Below, piece after piece: positions 9,398 through 16,979 of a DNA stretch of 26,945 nucleotides; the first letter of the stretch is position 1, and the number at the start of each line of letters is the position of its first letter. This stretch comes from Candidatus Latescibacterota bacterium (GTDB lineage: Bacteria > Latescibacterota > UBA2968): the NCBI GenBank assembly GCA_038279365.1, contig JAYODI010000071.1, positions 1-26,945 on the forward strand. Reading direction: 5' to 3'. The notes under the pieces were generated by a model. The model had not been told where the DNA came from and searched no databases. It saw nothing but the letters and a program-made list of their open reading frames with translations. The position numbers and the translations under genes are program-made.

Positions 9398-10143
9398 AAT
9401 ACATCTCTAACATATGTTCCCGACGTGAATTTCTGTATTTCATCAAACCCTCTATCCACCGCATCAGCCACAAAACAGGCACGGCGTGCATCACTTAAAA
9501 AAGGGATGGCCAAACGCCTGTTTTCCAGGAATATGGCCTGTGCATTATTTTTCACAGCGTCCTTACCTATCATTTCTAAAAACACTTGTTCATGTTTCCA
9601 CGGATCCGTTTCAACAGCCCACCCACGTGCCTGATGTAAAAATTGGCGACACAGATCAAAGTCAATAAACCCCAACAAACCAGAACGATCAAAGCCGTCA
9701 ATCTCTTTTCCTAAGTCTGGATGATTGACAGACAATTCATCGACCAGAGACCACAATCCTCGTATGATAGGACGCCAATTTTCAGTACCATGCACATAAA
9801 TGGTCACGGCATCACGAAATGCTTCATCCGTTGTCAGATGCGACACATACCCCATAATAAAAGCACAATCTCGCTCTGACAAATGCGCTGGGTTTGCCAA
9901 ACTGGGGTGCACTTCAAACATACCCGAAACAGACTTTCCCCACGTATCGGGCCGATCTTCAGAATAAAAATGGGATCGATATTTACCCAATTTACCCAAA
10001 GAGCGCATCGCATCTGGTGCGAGAGATCCTGCCAAAAAGTCAGAAAAGTGCCGTTGCGCCAATGCCCCAATAATGGGCAAGTCTTCACACAAACGATCTT
10101 GAAGCGCCAACAACATGGCAAAATGACACCGACCTCTGGGCAT
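9394..10143 (-). CDS. Zinc-dependent phospholipase C / S1-P1 nuclease-like family protein
   Basis: N-terminal MP....H, FLAGSLAPD, SHFY and GYVSHLTTD match the Zn_dep_PLC-type ligand pattern. ATG at 10143 follows AGGAA. No signal peptide. Confidence 0.7.
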   Translation of the reverse strand: MPRGRCHFAMLLALQDRLCEDLPIIGALAQRHFSDFLAGSLAPDAMRSLGKLGKYRSHFYSEDRPDTWGKSVSGMFEVHPSLANPAHLSERDCAFIMGYVSHLTTDEAFRDAVTIYVHGTENWRPIIRGLWSLVDELSVNHPDLGKEIDGFDRSGLLGFIDFDLCRQFLHQARGWAVETDPWKHEQVFLEMIGKDAVKNNAQAIFLENRRLAIPFLSDARRACFVADAVDRGFDEIQKFTSGTYVRDVL

Positions 10144-10177
10144 AGCAGTTCCTAAAAAAACGTCTAAAGAGCCACTT

Positions 10178-10981
10178 TCATGTTCTTTGATAAAGACGCT
10201 CAAAATTGTGTTTGGGTTGCCACCCCAACAAACGTTGGGCTTTACCTGTACCAAATTTCCCATGCGGCAACGACACGGTCATGTCAAAAACTTCATAACA
10301 ACTTGGCAACGACGCCACTTGCAAACCCAATCGAAAAGGTTCCCCAGTATCTTCCCAAGCAATAGACAGTGGATGTACCCCACTGCCATCTGCTGCGTTA
10401 CCACCATTTCCTGCAACAAAAGATGTAAACAAAAAGCACAACACCTCTAATTGATGAGCTTCGGCAAAAACACGTACAATTTCACCGCCCAACATTTTTG
10501 TAAGCGCATACAAATCACTTCCAGTGTGCAATGGGGCTTCATCTGGTATATCAAAATCTGGCCAGTAATCCCCTTCAAAGCCCAACCGTGTATGACGTGG
10601 CCCAGTGTGAATAATGCGCCGAATACCACAATCAACAGCAGCCTTCATGACATTGTAAGCCCCAATTGTATTCACATCAAAGGCAGGAACCAACTGATGG
10701 CGCAAAACCGAAACATTGATTAACGCATCCATACCTTCTGCCGCAGCCCTTACCTCATCATAATTGCTCACATCCACACATTGCCATTCATGCGGGGCCT
10801 GTGGCACTTGTGGCAAAGGAGCAAACTGTGATTGGGGTTTATTTTCGGCAAGAATATCCTCTACATCTCGCAAATCGGTCAATCGCAAGGTATAAGTATC
10901 TTTAAGTGCCAGAGCAACCATTGCACCAACTGGCCCCCCCGCACCAAATACACAGACTTTTCCAGACTTTAATGCAGGCAT
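10178..10981 (-). CDS. NAD(P)-dependent epimerase/dehydratase family oxidoreductase (extended SDR, uronate dehydrogenase-like)
   Basis: VFGAGGPVG Rossmann motif, LRLTD (acidic, suggests NAD preference), FDVNTIGAYNV and catalytic YALTK. Confidence 0.85.
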   Translation of the reverse strand: MPALKSGKVCVFGAGGPVGAMVALALKDTYTLRLTDLRDVEDILAENKPQSQFAPLPQVPQAPHEWQCVDVSNYDEVRAAAEGMDALINVSVLRHQLVPAFDVNTIGAYNVMKAAVDCGIRRIIHTGPRHTRLGFEGDYWPDFDIPDEAPLHTGSDLYALTKMLGGEIVRVFAEAHQLEVLCFLFTSFVAGNGGNAADGSGVHPLSIAWEDTGEPFRLGLQVASLPSCYEVFDMTVSLPHGKFGTGKAQRLLGWQPKHNFERLYQRT

Positions 10982-11614
10982 TTAATCCCCCTCCTTCACC
11001 AAACCCAAAGCTTTGCGCGCACTTCGCATAGGAAACCGCTTACCAGAAAAAACATGAAAAATCTGCCAACGATATCCCAAGGGTTCAAACTTGAGTTCCA
11101 ATGCCCCTTTAAAAGCAGCAATCCCATCAGACACCACAGTTCCTTCAGAAAAACCCAGTGCCCCCAAACGAAGCCCCACAGCACATATGCCCCCTTCTCG
11201 TGCAAATTCGCGACAAGCCAACTCAGCCAAATAAGGTGCAAGAGATGTTGCCTGTGGATGCGGTTGAGGTTGCCATGTTTCATCTACAACATAGTGTTCA
11301 GGATACGCCTCAAATAGTGACAATCGACTTGCAATGACCACCCTTTCCACCCCTGCATTTCTGGCTGCTTGCATCAAAACATAGGTTCCCCGCGTTGCCC
11401 AATCCAAACAGGTTTGCTCTGATATATTTTCTAAAGGGTCAAATACATCACAGTGTACAATAGCATCTATACCCTCGCAAGCCAAAGTGGCTGCCTCCAC
11501 CTGCCGATGGTCGCAACTTTCTCGGCTTATGGTATTCACCTGATGGTCTTTTCCCAATGCCATACAGAGCAATTGCCCCAAGGGGCGATCTGCACCAGTA
11601 ATCAATAACTGCAT
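10982..11614 (-). CDS. Extended-SDR-like protein with degenerate motifs
   Basis: LLITGADRPLG (degenerate Gly motif), GIDAIVH, GTYVLMQAARNAGVERVVIAS and LRLG. No YxxxK at the expected position. ATG follows AAGGAG. Confidence 0.78.
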   Translation of the reverse strand: MQLLITGADRPLGQLLCMALGKDHQVNTISRESCDHRQVEAATLACEGIDAIVHCDVFDPLENISEQTCLDWATRGTYVLMQAARNAGVERVVIASRLSLFEAYPEHYVVDETWQPQPHPQATSLAPYLAELACREFAREGGICAVGLRLGALGFSEGTVVSDGIAAFKGALELKFEPLGYRWQIFHVFSGKRFPMRSARKALGLVKEGD

Positions 11615-11643
11615 AGAACGTTCTCCTTGAATTTCAGCGCCCC

Positions 11644-11672
11644 AATCTAAGTCAAAGATATGCAGGCGTCAA
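11644..11672 (-). promoter_or_regulatory. Putative sigma70 promoter of the SDR-hydrolase-ABC-VOC operon
   Basis: Minus strand reads TTGACG-17 nt-TAGATT, about 30 nt upstream of the ATG at 11614. Confidence 0.6.
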
Positions 11673-11718
11673 CAGCTATCCACCCTTGCCATTCGTACCA
11701 AATTTAAAAAAGAATTGT

Positions 11719-12576
11719 CTATTCGATTAAAATAGGAAAATAGTCTCCATTTTCATCGCGGCGCAACCTTCCCCAAGGTATTTCCTTATCATGTGACCAA
11801 ACCAAAATCCAATTTTCCCCATATGCACGTTTTAAGAGTTTCTGTTTATTCAAAAATGTTTCTCTGGGATATAAGTCATAGGCCAAAATATAGATTGGTT
11901 TTAAATGGTGTGTGGTTGGGATCAAATCCCCGATATAACAAAAAACATCCTCTCCCGTTTCAACCAAAACAGATTGGTGACACCGTGTGTGTCCTGGTGT
12001 TAATATCACACGAACCCCCGAACAGATTTCAGCATCCCCACTTAAAAGAACAACACAATTTTTGGCTTTCAATGGATTCATTACCTCTTGCAAACGGTAT
12101 CCATTCACCGTTTGCCCATCGGCCAGTTCACCATCTACCCATTCGCCCTCTTGAACGTAATACATGGCATTGGGAAAAGCAGGTTCAAATCCGTCAACAC
12201 CCTTAACAGTACATCCCCCAGCATGGTCTTGATGCAAATGCGTCACCACCACACGCGTCACATCTTCAACACCTATACCCATTTTAGATAGTGATGCAAC
12301 AAGCCCATCACCTTCATCCAAATCATATATTTCTCTCAACTTTTGATTCACCTTCCCCCCAAACCCCGTTTCAATCAACACACATTCTGCTTCATTTTGT
12401 GCCACCAAGCAATTCATGGCCAAGGTCACGCGATTTCTCGTGTCGGCTTGGATGCGTTGCTCCCAAAGTGGTTTGGGAACAACCCCAAATATGGCTCCCC
12501 CATCCATTTTGACTTGCCCTGCACTTATCAATGAAATTTTCCATTTGCCAAACTGTCGATGTTCCAAAATGGCCAT
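11719..12576 (-). CDS. Metallo-beta-lactamase fold hydrolase (YtnP-like lactonase family)
   Basis: MDGGAIFGVVPKPLW, THLHQDHAGG (HxHxDH), FPNA.YYVQ..EW, TPGHT, GDLIPT, YDLYP and WSHD. RBS GGGGAG. Confidence 0.9.
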   Translation of the reverse strand: MAILEHRQFGKWKISLISAGQVKMDGGAIFGVVPKPLWEQRIQADTRNRVTLAMNCLVAQNEAECVLIETGFGGKVNQKLREIYDLDEGDGLVASLSKMGIGVEDVTRVVVTHLHQDHAGGCTVKGVDGFEPAFPNAMYYVQEGEWVDGELADGQTVNGYRLQEVMNPLKAKNCVVLLSGDAEICSGVRVILTPGHTRCHQSVLVETGEDVFCYIGDLIPTTHHLKPIYILAYDLYPRETFLNKQKLLKRAYGENWILVWSHDKEIPWGRLRRDENGDYFPILIE

Positions 12577-12628
12577 GACCGACTCCCCGTTTCAAACTAA
12601 TTTTCCATTTTTAATGGTTTACAAAAAG

Positions 12629-12661
12629 AAAACCGTTTGCCCATATCAGGCAAACGGTTTT
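12629..12661 (-). terminator. Intrinsic terminator downstream of the HEAT-repeat lipoprotein gene
   Basis: 13-bp inverted repeat aaaaccgtttgcc / ggcaaacggtttt with a 7-nt loop. The minus strand continues into a TTTTCTTTTT tract. Confidence 0.8.
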
Positions 12662-12683
12662 TATAGATGTATAAACAACGATA

Positions 12684-13145
12684 TTACTGATTGGCCCCCA
12701 GTGTCTGCAATTGACCAGATTGGCGTCGATAAGCCTCGCGTAATTCCTGAACAACTTGCACCCTCACCCGTACACTTTTGTCATCTAATGCCTTAGACAA
12801 ATAAGGGCCACTGATTGTCGGATCAATATTACCCAGTGCGCGAACCGCCTCTAACCGTATCGGTTCTTCAGGATCATTTAAGGCTCGCCCCAATGCCCCC
12901 GCACTACGACGCTGCTCCTCTGGTGTATTAATCATAGTGCCCAGTAACCGCACAGCATCTTTTCTTACAGCAGGATTTTTATCCCCCAACGCACGATGTA
13001 AAATCCCTTCCATCGAATAATCGGGCTTGTAACCCACTGCAGGAACGTATTTTATGGGGGGGAGTTTTCTTACGGCACAACCAGAAAAATTCCCTACAAA
13101 AAGAGTGCAAATGCTTAAAAGCATTATAAAATGCCGAAAATACAT
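12684..13145 (-). CDS. HEAT-repeat putative lipoprotein
   Basis: Signal peptide ending in FSG-C (lipobox-like). Three HEAT/PBS-like repeats: ALGDKNPAVRKDAVRLLG, ALNDPEEPIRLEAVRALG and ALDDKSVRVRVQVVQEL. The exact start is uncertain. Confidence 0.78.
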   Translation of the reverse strand: MYFRHFIMLLSICTLFVGNFSGCAVRKLPPIKYVPAVGYKPDYSMEGILHRALGDKNPAVRKDAVRLLGTMINTPEEQRRSAGALGRALNDPEEPIRLEAVRALGNIDPTISGPYLSKALDDKSVRVRVQVVQELREAYRRQSGQLQTLGANQ

Positions 13146-13338
13146 AAGGCTAAGCCTCGAAAAATATGATGAATTCAAACACAGTATATCTATATATTCG
13201 GCAAATTTGGGATTTTCTACATGACAGAAAGAAATATTCAGAAAAAAAGCCCAAATCCATACAAATTATGTATCTTTTTACCAAACAAATATAGCAGGAT
13301 CGCCAAACAAATACAATCCCTACACTATGGAGAAAAAA

Positions 13339-14109
13339 ATGAATCCAGTTGCATTGGTTACGGGTTCCAGTCGAGGAATTGGGAGAGGTATCGCACTTTG
13401 CCTTGCACAAGCAGGCTATGATATTTTGGTAAACTATGCAGGAAATGAACAGGCCGCTCAAGAAACAGCGGAGGCCGTTAGACAACTCGGTCAAAAAGCC
13501 GAAATCTGTCAAGCCGACATTACATCAAATGCCGATGGACAACGTTTGGTCGATTTCACACTGTCTTCATTGGGCCGCCTTGACATGCTGGTAAACAACG
13601 CAGGGATCGCCCCAAAGGTTCGTGCCGATATTTTAGAAGCATCCTCCGAAAGTTACGACCAAGTTATGGCGACCAACCTAAAAGGCCCATATTTTTTAAC
13701 ACAATATGCTGCAAATAAAATGGTTACCCTTCAAAAAGAGGGCAAAGTAGAGAGGCCACGCATTGTCATCATCACTTCAATTTCTGCCTACACATCCTCT
13801 ACGGCACGGGGTGAATATTGCGTATCTAAAGCAGGGCTCAGCATGATGACACGCTTATTTGCTGATCGCTTGGCCCAATATGGCATCCCAGTCAACGAAA
13901 TCCAACCGGGCATTATACAAACCGACATGACCGGTCCTGTAAAAGAGAAATACGACAAACTCATCGCCGAAGGTTTAACCCCCATTCGACGTTGGGGACA
14001 ACCCGAAGATATTGGAAAAGCAGTCGTGGCAATTGGCCTGGGTTACCTCGACTTTACCACAGGTGCAGCCATTCCAGTTGATGGTGGTTTTCACCTTCAC
14101 AGACTGTAA
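13339..14109 (+). CDS. Classical SDR oxidoreductase (3-ketoacyl-ACP reductase-like; substrate unknown)
   Basis: [41 protein letters not shown] and VDGG. ATG at 13339 follows GGAGA (alternative start 13327). Confidence 0.92.
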   Translation: MNPVALVTGSSRGIGRGIALCLAQAGYDILVNYAGNEQAAQETAEAVRQLGQKAEICQADITSNADGQRLVDFTLSSLGRLDMLVNNAGIAPKVRADILEASSESYDQVMATNLKGPYFLTQYAANKMVTLQKEGKVERPRIVIITSISAYTSSTARGEYCVSKAGLSMMTRLFADRLAQYGIPVNEIQPGIIQTDMTGPVKEKYDKLIAEGLTPIRRWGQPEDIGKAVVAIGLGYLDFTTGAAIPVDGGFHLHRL

Positions 14110-14118
14110 AACTTGCCA

Positions 14119-14147
14119 TTGACACCGAACCAACAGTGGCCTAAAAT
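14119..14147 (+). promoter_or_regulatory. Near-consensus sigma70 promoter
   Basis: TTGACA (14119-14124), 17-nt spacer, TAAAAT (14142-14147), upstream of the ATG at 14213. Confidence 0.7.
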
Positions 14148-14212
14148 AGCACCAACTGTTTCAAGTGATATTCATTGCCGTTTCGAAGACTTATCTTATC
14201 AAGGACATAGAC

Positions 14213-14992
14213 ATGCTGGGAAAATTCTTCAAAAAAGACGAGGAAGAAACCAACAATACCACACGCGAAAAGCAGATTTTTATTGAAGGTCAACAAGAAC
14301 AAGCCCAAGAAGCGATGGATCTTTTGGCCCAAGACAGTCAAACAGACCTCGATGAAACGCTTGTTCAAGTAAGTGAAACAGTACGTGAAGCAGCCAAAGC
14401 CTCATTGCGCGACATCAAACTTATGGAAGAAGGACATTGTCCTTCATGTGGCCACAAAACACTTCGCCAGTTTGTCTTTACCACCGTATGTTCCAACTGT
14501 GGTTGGTTTTCATTCATCTCCCCAGAAGAAGGCAAGTCAATCATTCACTTAAAAAGTGGTCGTCAAATCGAATGTGGTACCACCTTTGATACCAAAGGTG
14601 GGTTTTTGTTGGGCATTACAGATGGTGTCGTTCGCGCCAAAGTTTCTAAAGAAAATGTTGAATTTGTTGAATTTGCTTGGACAGATGAAGAAATTAAGCG
14701 CAAACGCGAGTCTCGGGTGCGCGAACAAGCCGGCATAGACAGTTGGACAGAAAAGCCACTTAGTGAATATGAAGGCGAACCCATCATTGTTTACGCTTCT
14801 TTTGGGCCAAACCAAGAACGTTTTGTATTTGGCAATGAAGAAAATGCAGAGTCCTTCAAAAAACAGTACCCGGTTCGCATTCACAAAAATTGTTATGAAC
14901 GCTCTTGTGTCGATTGTGACCTGTGTTTAAAAAAATACAATGGTGATGACGAAACAATCTACAAACAGATGGTCAAAGATGGGATTGCCTAA
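14213..14992 (+). CDS. Hypothetical Cys-rich metal-binding protein (Zn-ribbon plus C-terminal CxxCxxC cluster)
   Basis: ATG at 14213 follows AAGGA. Motifs CPSC-x13-CSNC and HKNC-x4-CVDCDLC. The gene has its own promoter and terminator. Confidence 0.8.
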   Translation: MLGKFFKKDEEETNNTTREKQIFIEGQQEQAQEAMDLLAQDSQTDLDETLVQVSETVREAAKASLRDIKLMEEGHCPSCGHKTLRQFVFTTVCSNCGWFSFISPEEGKSIIHLKSGRQIECGTTFDTKGGFLLGITDGVVRAKVSKENVEFVEFAWTDEEIKRKRESRVREQAGIDSWTEKPLSEYEGEPIIVYASFGPNQERFVFGNEENAESFKKQYPVRIHKNCYERSCVDCDLCLKKYNGDDETIYKQMVKDGIA

Positions 14993-15012
14993 AAACATCT
15001 GATGCATAATTT

Positions 15013-15050
15013 AAAAAAGCGGAATGGCATTCCTGCCATTCCGCTTTTTT
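15013..15050. terminator. Bidirectional intrinsic terminator between convergent genes
   Basis: Perfect 17-bp inverted repeat aaaaaagcggaatggca / tgccattccgctttttt with a 4-nt loop. Confidence 0.9.
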
Positions 15051-15069
15051 TATTTTACAATTTGGTTTG

Positions 15070-16971
15070 TTATACCGTTTCTTCTTCAAACAATTCTTTT
15101 TCTTGATTGACATGTTGCTGTTGGTCATGTAAACGACGATAAACAACACAACTTTCCAACAAATCGGCATGTTTGCCCCACCCAACCATCCGCCCATTAT
15201 CCAGCACCAAAATGCGATCCGCGCGCGTGGCTGTTGAAATGCGATGCGTAATAACAAAAGTGGTTCGCCCATCCATAATACGATCTAAAGTCACTTGAAT
15301 CTTAGCTTCCGTTTTGGCGTCCAATGCCGATGTGGTATCATCCAAAATTAAAATACTTGGATCAGTCACCAACGCCATTGCAAATGCCAATCGCTGTTTT
15401 TGCCCCCCCGACAGATTTGACCCACGCTCTTCTACCCGAGCCTCGTACTTTTCTGGCAATGTCAAGATAAACTCGTGCAATTCTGCAGACTTTGCGGCCC
15501 CCATCACCTGCTCTGCCGTTGTTCCCTCACGACCATATCGAATGTTATCAACAATCGTTCCAGAAAACAAAACGGGCTCCTGAGGTACCATACTAATGTG
15601 GTTTCGCAAAGATGAAATTTTGATGTCTTGTATATTGTAATCATCTAAGTATATTTTGCCTTCTGTGGGTTCATACAAGCGCATAATCAAACTCACCAAA
15701 GTGCTTTTGCCTGAACCAGATGGACCAACTACGGCAACAGACGTACCTGGCTTAACAGTAAAATTGAGGTCTTTTAAAACATAGTCGGCCGCTTCGTTAT
15801 ACCGAAAAGAAACATCTTGAAACCTGACCAAGCCATGCACTTTTTTTAAACTTACAGCATCGGGTTTATCTTCTATCATTACGTCTTCATCTAAGACTTC
15901 AAAAACACGCGCGATAACCACAACCATTTGCTGAATAACTGCATTGACATTGGTCAATGCCACCAAGGGTTGGAACAAACTGCCCATAGACATATTAAAA
16001 TAAATCAAATCCCCAACAGACATTGCTCCATTTCTTACTTGTAGTGCCCCCAAATAAAAAATAATAGCAGAAGCAATGCCACTCACCAATGCACAAGTAG
16101 CACTTAACCCCACACTCAGCATATTGCTCTTTAACCCCAGCCTAAAAATTCCTCCCAAACGTGTAAAAAATTGACGAAACTCTCGCTTCTCTCGAGCAAA
16201 GGACAATACCACCCGAATTCCTTTTACCCGCTCTTCCAAAATACCATACGTATCAGCATAAGCTTCTCGATAGCGCATAAAAGTTGTCGCAATGGCTTTT
16301 TGAAAACCTTGATAAGTCAACACATACAATGGCAAAGACAAAAGCGCCAACAATGCCAATTGCACATCAATGGTTACCAATACCACAATACCAATAAAAA
16401 TACGTGCCACATGCCGTGTCGTCTCTACAAATGTGGTTGTCACTTCATTTTGTAGCAAACCCACATCATCCAAAATCCGCGACATGATCTTCCCGGTTTG
16501 CTGCCGATCAAAAAATGTCATTTGTAGCTTTTGAATCTTTTGGTGCAAATCAAGTCGTATTCGAAAAACAATGCGCTGCCCCACAAAGGAAATATTGTAA
16601 TTATAAAACCAGTTTATGGTTGCAAACAATGACCTGACCACCAAATACAAAATAAATATCCACCACAACCATTGCATTTTTTCAGTTTTTGACTTTGGGC
16701 GATTGGCTCCAGAATCTTGCCCAAAGTTTGGCAATAAGTCTTGCGGATCTCTTCGTGGAATCGATTCGGTCTTTATAAGTGACTTCATACGTGCTTGGGA
16801 AGCCACTTCAGCTGCAGGTTTAAGCTGCAACACTTCATCAATGGTTAGCTTCGATATAAAACCCAAAAGAAACGAATAGGACGATGTAACACCGGCCATC
16901 ACCATCACCATGATCATGCGAAACCAATAGGGCTTAATATATATTTTTATAAATCTCTTCAAACTATTCAT
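15070..16971 (-). CDS. ABC exporter TMD-NBD half-transporter, subunit with degenerate Walker B
   Basis: N-terminal TM domain, GPSGSGKST, Q-loop MVPQE, LSGGQKQR, Walker B ILDD (not DE) and THR switch. An alternative TTG start at 16983 overlaps the upstream stop. Confidence 0.93.
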   Translation of the reverse strand: MNSLKRFIKIYIKPYWFRMIMVMVMAGVTSSYSFLLGFISKLTIDEVLQLKPAAEVASQARMKSLIKTESIPRRDPQDLLPNFGQDSGANRPKSKTEKMQWLWWIFILYLVVRSLFATINWFYNYNISFVGQRIVFRIRLDLHQKIQKLQMTFFDRQQTGKIMSRILDDVGLLQNEVTTTFVETTRHVARIFIGIVVLVTIDVQLALLALLSLPLYVLTYQGFQKAIATTFMRYREAYADTYGILEERVKGIRVVLSFAREKREFRQFFTRLGGIFRLGLKSNMLSVGLSATCALVSGIASAIIFYLGALQVRNGAMSVGDLIYFNMSMGSLFQPLVALTNVNAVIQQMVVVIARVFEVLDEDVMIEDKPDAVSLKKVHGLVRFQDVSFRYNEAADYVLKDLNFTVKPGTSVAVVGPSGSGKSTLVSLIMRLYEPTEGKIYLDDYNIQDIKISSLRNHISMVPQEPVLFSGTIVDNIRYGREGTTAEQVMGAAKSAELHEFILTLPEKYEARVEERGSNLSGGQKQRLAFAMALVTDPSILILDDTTSALDAKTEAKIQVTLDRIMDGRTTFVITHRISTATRADRILVLDNGRMVGWGKHADLLESCVVYRRLHDQQQHVNQEKELFEEETV

Positions 16972-16979
16972 GATATCAC

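Noticed and set aside
352-9668. Numerous plus-strand ORFs of 60-157 aa (e.g. 352-750, 5184-5579, 7268-7741)
   Set aside because: They lie antisense to well-supported transporter and enzyme genes and have no recognisable motifs, so they are shadow ORFs.
10144-10263. Extended N-terminus of the Zn hydrolase ORF
   Set aside because: It overlaps the upstream SDR gene. The ATG at 10143 has an RBS and gives the family-typical MP....H start.
11719-12576. MBL-fold gene as an antibiotic-resistance beta-lactamase or proven quorum-quenching enzyme
   Set aside because: There is no signal peptide and the motifs fit the widespread cytoplasmic YtnP-like group. The substrate cannot be inferred from sequence.
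13146-13338. AT-rich divergent intergenic region as an ncRNA or foreign DNA, plus small ORFs 13150-13512 and 13221-13421
   Set aside because: No stable hairpin, repeat or coding signal was seen. It is consistent with an ordinary divergent promoter region.
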